Both the position numbers and the translations under genes were made by a program. Below, in pieces: positions 7,765 to 16,981 of a DNA stretch of 38,564 nt. The stretch lies in the sequence record DRR723986_7356. One strand, written 5' to 3'. The notes beneath the pieces are model-generated. The model was not told the origin of the DNA. It ran no database searches and saw nothing but the letters and a program-made list of their open reading frames with translations. The first letter of the stretch is position 1; each line of letters starts with the position of its first letter.

Positions 7765-9252
7765 ATGGCACAAACGATAGCAAAGTTTACAACCCTAATG
7801 CCCTTAACCTTTGCGGGCATCCTCACGGCAGGCGTCACAGCACCAACCATGGCTGAGGATACAGCGCTGCATAATGAAACAGCGATTGTGTTCGAAGCCA
7901 AGTCCGGCGAAACAGCAAATGCCTTTGAGGGCCAGTTCAATGTGCCTGAAAATAGAAGCGCAGATGTGAGCCGGTCACTAACATTAAAATATATCCGCTT
8001 TCCTGCAACCGGCGAAAACAAAGGCACCCCCACCATATATCTGGCTGGTGGGCCAGGCGGTTCTGGCATTAATGCCGCAAAATACGAACGCTTCCCGCTG
8101 TTTATGGCCATGCGCGAATTCGGCGATGTCATTGCCTTTGACCAGCGCGGCACGGGTGCGTCCAACGACCTGCCATCATGCAAAACTTCGCAGACCATTA
8201 ACGCGACTAAGCCGACGTCAGACGCCGATTATATTGCCGCGCACCAAACCGCTTTGCAGGAGTGCATAGCCTTCCTACAAAGCCAGGGCATTGACCCCTA
8301 CGGTTACAACACCAACGAAAGCGTTGCTGACCTAAACGCGCTGCGCAACCATTTGGGGGCAGAAAAGGTTAATTTGTGGGGCATTTCTTATGGCTCTCAC
8401 CTATCACTAGCAGCCCTAAAACAGCTCGATGCCCATCTGAACAAGGTTGTTATTACGGCGATTGAAGGGCTGGACCAAACTGTCAAACAGCCCATGCGTG
8501 CGGACCAATATTTTGACCGCCTGCAAGCCGCCATTAATACCGTGCCGGAAGCTAAGGCAAAATTCCCGGATGTGAAAGGCTTGATCAAACGGGTGCTTGA
8601 TAAATTAGAGGCGGAACCATTGATGCTGTCTGTGCCTACTCGCGGCGGCGACACTGTGCCCTATTTGCTGCAAAAGCGCACATTGCAGCAGTTTACCTCT
8701 GCGTTGGTGGCTGACCCTGCGCGCGCGACTATCATCTTGAATGTCTATGCAGCCCTTGATGCCAGCATCACTGAGCCGCTTGTGGGCTTGATGGCGCGCG
8801 CCGTTGACCCCGCCGATGAAACCATTTCATTGCCGCCCATGCATATTTTGATGGACGTAGCATCCGGTTCAAGCCAACAGCGGCGCAACATGCTGGCCGA
8901 GCAAGCAAAAACATCATTGCTGGGCCTGCAAACAAACATGTCCGCAATCCTAGAAACAGTGGACCCCGCACTTGATTTGGGGGAAGCCTTCCGCACGCCG
9001 CCTGTCTCTGATGTGCCTGTGCTTGTGCTTCACGGCACGCTGGATGGTCGCACCTACCCCGAAAGCGGGCAGGAAGCCACCACAGGCCTGACTAACCGCC
9101 AAACAGTTATCGTGAGGAACGCCGGGCATAACCTGTTCATGCTATCACCTGAAGTAACCATAACCATTCAAGACTTTATGCGCGGCAAGCCTGTCGATGG
9201 CCGCATTATTACGGTTGACCTGCCAGACTTCACGCGCATGCCGGGGCGATAA
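7765..9252 (+). CDS. Secreted alpha/beta hydrolase (peptidase S33 / TAP-like)
   Basis: Start reassigned to ATG 7765, where the signal peptide begins. Motifs 'GGPGGSG', 'FDQRGTG', nucleophile 'GISYG', acid 'GTLDGRT', His 'NAGHNL'. Confidence 0.9.
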   Translation: MAQTIAKFTTLMPLTFAGILTAGVTAPTMAEDTALHNETAIVFEAKSGETANAFEGQFNVPENRSADVSRSLTLKYIRFPATGENKGTPTIYLAGGPGGSGINAAKYERFPLFMAMREFGDVIAFDQRGTGASNDLPSCKTSQTINATKPTSDADYIAAHQTALQECIAFLQSQGIDPYGYNTNESVADLNALRNHLGAEKVNLWGISYGSHLSLAALKQLDAHLNKVVITAIEGLDQTVKQPMRADQYFDRLQAAINTVPEAKAKFPDVKGLIKRVLDKLEAEPLMLSVPTRGGDTVPYLLQKRTLQQFTSALVADPARATIILNVYAALDASITEPLVGLMARAVDPADETISLPPMHILMDVASGSSQQRRNMLAEQAKTSLLGLQTNMSAILETVDPALDLGEAFRTPPVSDVPVLVLHGTLDGRTYPESGQEATTGLTNRQTVIVRNAGHNLFMLSPEVTITIQDFMRGKPVDGRIITVDLPDFTRMPGR

Positions 9253-9285
9253 AGCCCGCATATACCTTTAATTAGGTCATAAAAT

Positions 9286-9325
9286 AAAACAGGCGATACG
9301 GCATTGGTGCTGCATCGCCTGTTTT
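9286..9325. terminator. Bidirectional intrinsic terminator
   Basis: AAAACAGGCGATACGGCA-TTGG-TGCTGCATCGCCTGTTTT between convergent genes, with A and T tracts on both sides. Confidence 0.8.
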
Positions 9326-9380
9326 TAGGTCCTTACGATTCCACTCATCACATGAGCATCGCAATCAAATAAAAGCAGCC

Positions 9381-10364
9381 CTAGAATTTATAAACCAGCG
9401 TTGCCCGGGTGATCGTATCCCACGGCGCTGCGCCGGGTGGTGCATCTGAATCATACTGCACCTGCAAAGCCAAACGTGCAGCCAAACGCGTGTTGATCTG
9501 TGCACCAATACTAGCGCGATTATCAAAGGTGAAAGAGCCTGTGCCCAAGATAAGCGACGCTTGATCTTTAAAGTCGATATTGTCGGTCAGCTTCAGATTA
9601 TAGGTGCTTGAGACACGGCCAAGAAACTCGGTCGATGTAGCGCCTGTACCTTCAAGCTTATTAAAACGCACACCAGGACCCCCTTCAAGGCGCAAAGATT
9701 GACGATCTGTTTTAATAAGCTGCGTGCCGAGGCCAATACTATCAAGAATGCGGTAATCAAAACCGGAGAAGCGGTTGAAGTCCACTTCCAGATAATTGGA
9801 AACATAAACTTTTTCCCATGCCTTATAAACCGTATCAAACCGGGTAAGAAGGCGGCGGCGAGTGGTGAAGCCATTACTACGGGCAAAATCAAAGTCCACA
9901 TTGATATCATGGTGCCACTTTTCAAAGTCCCGGGTCATGGCAAGACCAAGCGCCACAGACTGTTCGTCAGTATCGCCCGTACTGGTTGATGCACCAAACT
10001 GCGCTGTAACATTCCACAAGGAAGGGTCCAGGTACCAGATAATACCGCGCGCACGAGACTTTTTCTCTGCCTCAATAGCGGCTTGTTCAGCAGCAGCGAC
10101 TTCCTGCCGGTAACCAGCCGAAAGCCAGCTTGCCTGAACACCGCTTGCCGCTTTCAGAATATCAACGCGATCACCGGGCCAGGTTTCAAGTGCCATGGCA
10201 ACAACTGTGTCAAAGGCACGCTCGTCACCTTTGGCTGCTGCGGTTTTAAGCATATCTTTCAGGCCCGGCGGTGTTGCCGCCGTTGCCGGGAAAGCCCAAC
10301 CAAAAAGTAATGCCAGCGAGACAAAAAGATGCTTTTTGGCTTTGAAAGTAGCGCTCATAGTCAT
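9381..10364 (-). CDS. DUF481 (YdiY-like) outer-membrane beta-barrel with a helical N-terminal extension
   Basis: Signal peptide; 'STSTGDT', 'RFSGFDYR', 'LEGGPG'; C-terminal 'TLVYKF' Bam signal; AGGA RBS. Confidence 0.8.
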   Translation of the reverse strand: MTMSATFKAKKHLFVSLALLFGWAFPATAATPPGLKDMLKTAAAKGDERAFDTVVAMALETWPGDRVDILKAASGVQASWLSAGYRQEVAAAEQAAIEAEKKSRARGIIWYLDPSLWNVTAQFGASTSTGDTDEQSVALGLAMTRDFEKWHHDINVDFDFARSNGFTTRRRLLTRFDTVYKAWEKVYVSNYLEVDFNRFSGFDYRILDSIGLGTQLIKTDRQSLRLEGGPGVRFNKLEGTGATSTEFLGRVSSTYNLKLTDNIDFKDQASLILGTGSFTFDNRASIGAQINTRLAARLALQVQYDSDAPPGAAPWDTITRATLVYKF

Positions 10365-10513
10365 TATTTTATTCCTGTCTTAATATATATAGACATTAGC
10401 CATTGTGTCTTTAGACACCGATCCGATGGTTTCATTATGGCGAATCTGGTTAATTCGCTAGTGATCTAACGGGAAGTGGCTATGGTGGCAAGCTTGATTT
10501 AAAGGGAATTTCA

Positions 10514-11497
10514 ATGCCAAAGGCATTTGTAACCGGTGCAACGGGTTTTATTGGCAGACATCTTGTGGATGTTTTGCGCGAAGATGGCTGGACAATTGTG
10601 GCGGGCGTGCGCGACGAGGCGCGGGCCAAAACATTATTGGGTGATGGGGTTCTTTTCGCGAGAATGAACCTTATAAATCCGTCAACAGTGGCGGCGGCGG
10701 TGCCCACAGATGCTGACTGCGTATTTCACGTAGCCGCAGATGTAAGCTCATGGTCCAAAGAAGCTGACCAGCAATATCAAACTAATGTGGAGGGTACGGC
10801 CGCACTTTTGCAGGCAACATTGGATAAGCAAATTAACCGCATGGTTCATGTATCGTCGATCGTTGCTTACGGCGAGCATGACGGGGTCATCGATGACCAT
10901 ACACCGCGGCTCGGTGCAGAAAGTTGGGTTAGCTACGTCAGCACCAAATCATATGCCGAACGCAAGGTTAAAGAAGCGGTTGATCGCGGCCTGGACGCCG
11001 TGATTGTCAACCCAACAGATATTATCGGCAAATATGATGACCAAAATTGGGTCCGTATGATTAAAATGCTCGCCGATGGCAGCTTGCCTGCCGTGCCGCC
11101 GGGTAATGGCAATTTCGCCAATGGCCGCGCAGTGGCAGAGGGCATTCTGGCGGCCTATAAACATGGGGTAACCGGCGAGAATTATATTTTGGGAGGGCCT
11201 TATGCGACCTTTCATGAGTTTTTAAGCCTTGCCGCCGCCAAACTTGGCAAACCCAAACCCAAAAAGCCTATTTCACCAATCTTGCTCAAGATATATGCGG
11301 TTTTATCGGAAACCATAGCAAAATTTACCGGCAAACGACCCGGTGTGACCAAGGAAGAAGCGTATTTTGCCTGCCAAAGCTACAAGGTGAACTACGACCG
11401 TGCGATCAAGCAACTGGGATATAGAGATATTCCGCTGGAACAATCTGTCGAAGAATCGATCGCTTATTTGCGTGAAAAAGGTGAGCTGACGCCCTGA
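10514..11497 (+). CDS. NAD-dependent epimerase/dehydratase (extended SDR, dihydroflavonol reductase/HpnA-like)
   Basis: 'TGATGFIG', 'FHVAA', 'HVSS', YxxxK 'YVSTK', 'GENYILGG'. Confidence 0.87.
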   Translation: MPKAFVTGATGFIGRHLVDVLREDGWTIVAGVRDEARAKTLLGDGVLFARMNLINPSTVAAAVPTDADCVFHVAADVSSWSKEADQQYQTNVEGTAALLQATLDKQINRMVHVSSIVAYGEHDGVIDDHTPRLGAESWVSYVSTKSYAERKVKEAVDRGLDAVIVNPTDIIGKYDDQNWVRMIKMLADGSLPAVPPGNGNFANGRAVAEGILAAYKHGVTGENYILGGPYATFHEFLSLAAAKLGKPKPKKPISPILLKIYAVLSETIAKFTGKRPGVTKEEAYFACQSYKVNYDRAIKQLGYRDIPLEQSVEESIAYLREKGELTP

Positions 11498-12696
11498 AGC
11501 GCCACTGGCATTACCAAAGCCATGGCAACAAAGCACGAGACAGCGCCCGCTGACAACACACCTACAAGCGAGATACCTTTTTCAAGCGCTATTCCAATGC
11601 AAAAAGGGGAAAGCGCGGTTGAGACAACCACAATGGACGTGGACAAAGATTTAATCTCGCCTAAATATCTGGTGCCGTATAGCTCGGCCCAAATTGCATT
11701 ATTAATCGGCAGTGTGATACCGGCACCAAGGCCCAAGATTGCCAAAAAGGCGGCAACCCCTATTGGGCCTCCACCAAAAATAATAACCAGCAGGGCCGCG
11801 CCAAAAAGCGGCGGGTAAAGCGGCATCAAATGACGGCCACCATATTTATCAACCAGCAAACCACCCAAAAAAGGCGCAGCGACAGACCCTAATGCATAAA
11901 AGCCGTAAAAAGCTGTAAGCTCAACTGTCTCAACACCCTTATACAGCGCTATTTCCGCAGGAAAAAAGAAAACACCTGTTATCCAAAACGGCCCCACAAT
12001 CAGCGCAGGCAACATGGCATAAAACCGCCAATCAACAAGAACGTCTTTGCGGCGCTGATGATGCGCTGATGCCGAAGTGGCCTGCTGATCACCTGTTTCT
12101 TGCTGCTGCCAGCAACTATGCCTGTTTTGCTGCCCTTTCAGAAGCCAAAGAACAATCGGCAAGGCGATAACCAATAGTGCAGCGGCGGCCACCAACCAAC
12201 CTGTGCGCCACGCAAAACCGCTCATAAGTAGAACAGCGGCCACCGGTAAAACCGCTTGACCCAGCGGAAAGCCAAGACCCGCCACCGCAACCGAAAGCCC
12301 GCGGTTTTTGCCATAATAGCGCGACATGCTTGTCATAGATGCATGGGTAAGCAACCCTTGCCCCAACAGCCGCACCAACATTAAGGCAATTACCAATAAC
12401 CAAAGACTGCCTGCAAACCCCACTGCAAAACACGCGATCGCCATTGCCACAATTAACGCAGCAACATAGGGCGTAAGGGAAACCCGGTCGATAATATGAC
12501 CAAGCCGGTTAAGCCCCACCGCACTGACCAATGTGATCAGCAAATAATAAAGTCCGAAATCGCTATTCGAGAGAGCAAATTCATGCGTGATCGCGTCTTT
12601 GTAGACACCAATAAAATAGGTTTGCCCAAAACTGGACAAAAACGCCAACGCCATACCAAAGCCCAAAAACCGGGCATTTTTTATTATGAACTTCAT
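11464..12696 (-). CDS. MFS transporter
   Basis: About 12 TM helices; 'SSFGQTYFI', 'GHIIDR', 'GLLVDKYG'. ATG 12696 follows GAAGGG. The 3' end overlaps the convergent SDR gene by 34 bp. Confidence 0.88.
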   Translation of the reverse strand: MKFIIKNARFLGFGMALAFLSSFGQTYFIGVYKDAITHEFALSNSDFGLYYLLITLVSAVGLNRLGHIIDRVSLTPYVAALIVAMAIACFAVGFAGSLWLLVIALMLVRLLGQGLLTHASMTSMSRYYGKNRGLSVAVAGLGFPLGQAVLPVAAVLLMSGFAWRTGWLVAAAALLVIALPIVLWLLKGQQNRHSCWQQQETGDQQATSASAHHQRRKDVLVDWRFYAMLPALIVGPFWITGVFFFPAEIALYKGVETVELTAFYGFYALGSVAAPFLGGLLVDKYGGRHLMPLYPPLFGAALLVIIFGGGPIGVAAFLAILGLGAGITLPINNAIWAELYGTRYLGEIKSLSTSIVVVSTALSPFCIGIALEKGISLVGVLSAGAVSCFVAMALVMPVALQGVSSPFSRK

Positions 12697-12849
12697 TGGC
12701 ACCCTTCACACATAGATTGGTTACTCTTTATGGGGTTTTTTACTAAAAACATACCGTTTCTTAACGCTTTTGCTCCAAGGATTATGAGTAACTCTGCGTG
12801 TCTTATGGACAAGTGAGCAAGCGACAGCCTTTTTTGACAGGATTTCAAG

Positions 12850-14604
12850 TTGCCCTACGGGATAAATATTCATTACGAAATACTTGGACGGCGCGGCAGC
12901 GGTTGGACAATTATTGACGTCAAGAAAGACCGCAGCGCTGCAACAAAAATGGCCGAGCAGCTATGGAAAAGCCGCAAATATAATGGTGTAAGGGTTCTGA
13001 AAGAATCGTTTGATCAAGCTGAAAGCGACGTTACATCAATTGAAATTTATGCGCGGGGAAGTAACCGAAAAAAATCAAAATACGACGAAACTGGCACCAT
13101 CTCTCCGTGCCTAACCCCTGACGATCTATATAGCCATAGTGGCCGCCGCTCAATTTGGGACTTGATGCATGCTTCACTAACAGAATGGCGGCTGACCCCA
13201 ACGGAACTCTTGCACTCTCTTGAGCATTATTACCGCCTGTATAATGCCGGTACGCGGCTACAAAATGCTGTTCAACGCACTGCGGTTGCCTTCGAAAATG
13301 AAGAAGGGTCCATTCAAGAGCGCATGCGGAAAATTTATAAGGTCATTGACCTTTCTATCGAGGTTATGAAGTCCACCAGTGATACTGTTCCATCGCTTGA
13401 AACATCCAGGCTGGCGCCGATTATCACCAGCTTGGAAAAAAAGCCCAACAAGCGCTTTCTGCTCACCTGCGCCATTGTTGAATATTTACGCCCGGCTATT
13501 ACGCTTAGCGATAAACTGGGACGAGTCATTATATTCCTCACCGCTGACAGGCCTATGTGGGTGATGGAAATTCTGGATCAGCTGATCTCGGAATATTTGA
13601 TGCACGAGCAGGTGCTCTATCAACTCATGGGCGAAAAAGATAACCGTGCCGCCTTCATGATTGAATTGGCATACTTCCAGAGCGGCGAGCTGAATTTGAT
13701 GGGCGAAGACGAAACATCACCGCGCTTTAGCGAAGAAGTGCTGCGCCTCAACGGGTTTTTGTCAGAAAACCTTCTCCCGCGCAGCTCTCATGTGCTGCTC
13801 GACCGATTAAAAACCGAAATTGAAGCACCTAAACCAATTGGCAGCGGGAGCCTGATTGAGCAACTTAGCGGGCTTTCACAGGTAGGTGCAGCCGTAGAAA
13901 GCTTGCACAAAGACCTACACGCGCTCGACCATATAATGGAAGGGGTACGCGCCCGCGCCAGCAGGCTTATCAACAGCCAGTCAATCGCCGATATGCTAGC
14001 ACAAGAACCAAACCCGTTTGACCAGGTAAATGCTTTGCTTGACCTGGAAGCGGTAACCATCGGAGATAGCAACAAACGTATTGTCGCCAACTTTATTTTA
14101 CCCATATTATCGCGGCCGGAATATGAAACCGTTTTCATGGGCCTGGACCAAAACCCTATGCGGCGTATGTCAGACTTGGTGCATTTGCAAAAACGTGTGC
14201 TTACAGCTGAGCTTTCGGAAATGTACAAACGGAAAATATCGTCCCAGCTTGATCACTTTTGCCAGATCATTCTGGATAACACCCAAGTGTTGAAAAAAAT
14301 CCACCAGTTAGATGTCAGCCTGCAGGATAAATCTCGCAAAATCCTTAAAATGCTCTCTGAAGATTATTTTACGGACGGCAGCTGCCGCGCAGCAGCTGAA
14401 CACCAAGTACGCATTTATATGCGCCGCCCCGGCTTCACTGAGGGCCTTATTGATGGATTGAAACGAGATAAGGCAGAAATGGAACTGGTTGCCTTTAAAA
14501 CACTCTTGGAACAAGCGGGCATCAAAGAACAAGCGGGCGACCCATTGAGCGATCAAGCGGCAGACACAATTGCCGCGCCTGAAGCTGACGCTATAAATTT
14601 GTAA
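12850..14604 (+). CDS. Conserved hypothetical cytoplasmic protein (584 aa, largely helical)
   Basis: Long uninterrupted ORF, TTG start with AGGA RBS 7 nt upstream. No motif I can assign. Confidence 0.8.
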   Translation: MPYGINIHYEILGRRGSGWTIIDVKKDRSAATKMAEQLWKSRKYNGVRVLKESFDQAESDVTSIEIYARGSNRKKSKYDETGTISPCLTPDDLYSHSGRRSIWDLMHASLTEWRLTPTELLHSLEHYYRLYNAGTRLQNAVQRTAVAFENEEGSIQERMRKIYKVIDLSIEVMKSTSDTVPSLETSRLAPIITSLEKKPNKRFLLTCAIVEYLRPAITLSDKLGRVIIFLTADRPMWVMEILDQLISEYLMHEQVLYQLMGEKDNRAAFMIELAYFQSGELNLMGEDETSPRFSEEVLRLNGFLSENLLPRSSHVLLDRLKTEIEAPKPIGSGSLIEQLSGLSQVGAAVESLHKDLHALDHIMEGVRARASRLINSQSIADMLAQEPNPFDQVNALLDLEAVTIGDSNKRIVANFILPILSRPEYETVFMGLDQNPMRRMSDLVHLQKRVLTAELSEMYKRKISSQLDHFCQIILDNTQVLKKIHQLDVSLQDKSRKILKMLSEDYFTDGSCRAAAEHQVRIYMRRPGFTEGLIDGLKRDKAEMELVAFKTLLEQAGIKEQAGDPLSDQAADTIAAPEADAINL

Positions 14605-14652
14605 AAGTGGTCAGCGCAACCCTACTCAACGCCATAACGCCGCGAAAAACGG

Positions 14653-14829
14653 TTAAAAGTCAGAGATAATGCCGTTCTTTTCCCAGTCACCATACCGGGT
14701 TGGTTCTGGGCCTTTGCGTCCGCCAATTTCAGCCGTTGTTTTTTTGGTGGCCGTGTCAGGTTGATCCTTTTCACGAGACTTAACCGGGTTATCAGGGCTG
14801 CTATCAGTTTGTTTATTGGTACTGGTCAA
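14653..14829 (-). CDS. DUF1674 / SDHAF4-like small protein (58 aa), absent from the ORF track
   Basis: Manual translation: [58 protein letters not shown]. The C-terminal GG[21 protein letters not shown] is the family signature. TTG start with GAGAG 7 nt upstream. Confidence 0.88.
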   Translation of the reverse strand: MTSTNKQTDSSPDNPVKSREKDQPDTATKKTTAEIGGRKGPEPTRYGDWEKNGIISDF

Positions 14830-14877
14830 TTCATTGCTCTCAAAACATAGAATAGGCTGGGGTAATCTGACATAAAA

Positions 14878-15777
14878 TCAGGCAACACTTGCTGTCTTTT
14901 CTTCCGCTTCATACCGTCGCCAGAAATACAAACCTACAACCAAAACAACAACCGGCAAAATAAAGCCAAACTCGCTGGCATAGCGCCATGTTTCTTTATA
15001 TTGCACTGTCATAGGCTGCATAATGGTTAAAACATAAATGTTGTGCGATGCGTGCATAATTACAGCAGGCCACAAACTGGCCGAACGCACACGCAAATAG
15101 GTTAAGATAAGCGACATACCAATGGTCATGACGCAATAATTTAAAAACTGCAGCTCAATATCGCTGGGGCCTGCGTTATATTTGGTCCAAAAAATAATTG
15201 GCACATGCCACAGCGCCCACACAATGCCAACACCCAGTGACGCAACAGGAAACGATGTAATACGCAGCAGTGTTGGGGTTAGAAAGCCGCGCCAGCCAAT
15301 TTCTTCGCCCAGGGCCGTTGCCGAATGCCATATCATGCCAACGGTGCCAAACATAAGAATGCCGAAGGCGATGGTTGCGCCCTCTGACCAATCAGCCAGG
15401 CCCAGAAAGTAACTCACTTCTTTTGTGAACTTGGGGTCAATCAGACCACCAAAACCACCGCCCCAGATAACGGCGTAGGCGGTTGCACCGTATACAACAG
15501 GGAGAAAATACGCTGCAGCAATCCAGCGGTCAGCAGGCCAGCGCCAGCCCAAATCAGCCATATTTAGTGACCGAATTTTACAGGTTGCAAGTGCTGCAAA
15601 GGCCGGTGTCCACATCAGCATGGAAACATAATAGCGCCTCAGGCCATGTTCGATGACAAAATAATAAGCCGCCGCAGCAAACAGTGTGGTCAAACCCAAA
15701 AACCAAACAAGCGACATCATCGCCTGATTGCGGTCCATATTATGTGGTTGCTCGCCCATGTGCTCGCCCATCGTCAT
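14878..15777 (-). CDS. CPBP family intramembrane glutamic endopeptidase (CAAX/Abi)
   Basis: 'GEEIGWRG', 'WALWHVP', 'HASHN' motifs; multiple TM helices. Confidence 0.9.
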   Translation of the reverse strand: MTMGEHMGEQPHNMDRNQAMMSLVWFLGLTTLFAAAAYYFVIEHGLRRYYVSMLMWTPAFAALATCKIRSLNMADLGWRWPADRWIAAAYFLPVVYGATAYAVIWGGGFGGLIDPKFTKEVSYFLGLADWSEGATIAFGILMFGTVGMIWHSATALGEEIGWRGFLTPTLLRITSFPVASLGVGIVWALWHVPIIFWTKYNAGPSDIELQFLNYCVMTIGMSLILTYLRVRSASLWPAVIMHASHNIYVLTIMQPMTVQYKETWRYASEFGFILPVVVLVVGLYFWRRYEAEEKTASVA

Positions 15778-15899
15778 AAAATACTATCCAGCCTAACTCG
15801 GCTCAGCCTAAACCGACTTGTTCTAGCAGCCCCTATACGCATCTAATGCATGGCATAGACCATTCGTCAAACGAACTATTAGAACTGTCACGTGTCTCA

Positions 15900-15928
15900 C
15901 TTGAACCCTGATTGGCAAATCCCCATAT
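15900..15928 (+). promoter_or_regulatory. Sigma32 (RpoH) promoter of htpX
   Basis: CTTGAA-N15-CCCCATAT matches the heat-shock consensus; it ends 75 bp upstream of htpX. Confidence 0.8.
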
Positions 15929-16003
15929 AAAATGACAAGAAAAATGAGATGAAATGACCAAAGGCTATAGATAGCCAGAAGCAATCGATCGTCGGAATCT
16001 GAT

Positions 16004-16954
16004 ATGAATATCTTTCGCACAGCCCTTTTAATGGCAGCCATGACGGCCCTGTTTATGGCCGTTGGCGCACTGATTGGCGGGCAGGCGGGTATGGCTGTGG
16101 CTCTGATGATTGCGCTGGTCACCAACATATTTGGCTATTGGAACGCGGACAAGATGGTACTGAAAATGTACCGGGCGCGCGAGGTAGGCGCGCGGGAAGC
16201 GCCAGAGCTGGTTAGTATTGTTGAACAATTAGCAATAAAGGCGCAACTGCCGTACCCAAAGGTCTATATCATTGACAACCCTCAGCCCAATGCCTTTGCC
16301 ACAGGCAGAAACCCCGAAAATGCGGCCGTTGCAGCAACAACCGGGCTGTTAAACCTCCTCAATCGCGCAGAAATTGAAGCCGTCATGGCCCACGAATTGG
16401 CGCATGTGAAAAACCGCGACACCCTAACCATGACCTTAACGGCAACCATGGCAGGGGCGATCTCCATGCTAGCGCAATTTGGCTTATTTTTTGGCGGCAA
16501 CCGCAACAATGCAATGGGACTGGTTGGGACTATTTTACTTGTCCTTTTGGCACCACTTGCTGCCATGATGGTGCAAATGGCTATTTCTCGCACCCGGGAA
16601 TATGCCGCTGACAAAACCGGTGCCGAAATTTGCGGCAACCCCTCAGCGCTGGCAAGTGCACTTGATAAGCTGCATCAGAGCGTCGAAACGACGTCGAATG
16701 ACGCAGCAGAGAAAAACCCGGCAACCGCCCATATGTTTATCATCAACCCCTTGCGCGGCCTGCGGTTTGATAACCTGTTTTCAACCCACCCCCGCGTGGA
16801 AGAGCGCATTGCCCGCCTAATGGGCATGGCGGGCATGAGAGGCGCAACTGCTCAGGGTTCACGCAGCGCACACCAATATATGCAGGAAAAAGAAGCCGCG
16901 CGGCACCGCCCCAGCGACAGGCAAGGCAGCCGCCGCAAAGGGCCGTGGAGCTAG
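16004..16954 (+). CDS. htpX: Zinc metalloprotease HtpX
   Basis: '[16 protein letters not shown]', HExxH 'HELAH', 'SRTREY', 'LFSTHP'. Confidence 0.96.
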   Translation: MNIFRTALLMAAMTALFMAVGALIGGQAGMAVALMIALVTNIFGYWNADKMVLKMYRAREVGAREAPELVSIVEQLAIKAQLPYPKVYIIDNPQPNAFATGRNPENAAVAATTGLLNLLNRAEIEAVMAHELAHVKNRDTLTMTLTATMAGAISMLAQFGLFFGGNRNNAMGLVGTILLVLLAPLAAMMVQMAISRTREYAADKTGAEICGNPSALASALDKLHQSVETTSNDAAEKNPATAHMFIINPLRGLRFDNLFSTHPRVEERIARLMGMAGMRGATAQGSRSAHQYMQEKEAARHRPSDRQGSRRKGPWS

Positions 16955-16981
16955 AAAAGAACTAAGGTTAGATAGCGGATG

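Noticed and set aside
12750-12765. CtrA box upstream of the 584-aa hypothetical
   Set aside because: Only a TTAAC half-site; the other half (CATA) does not match TTAA-N7-TTAA.
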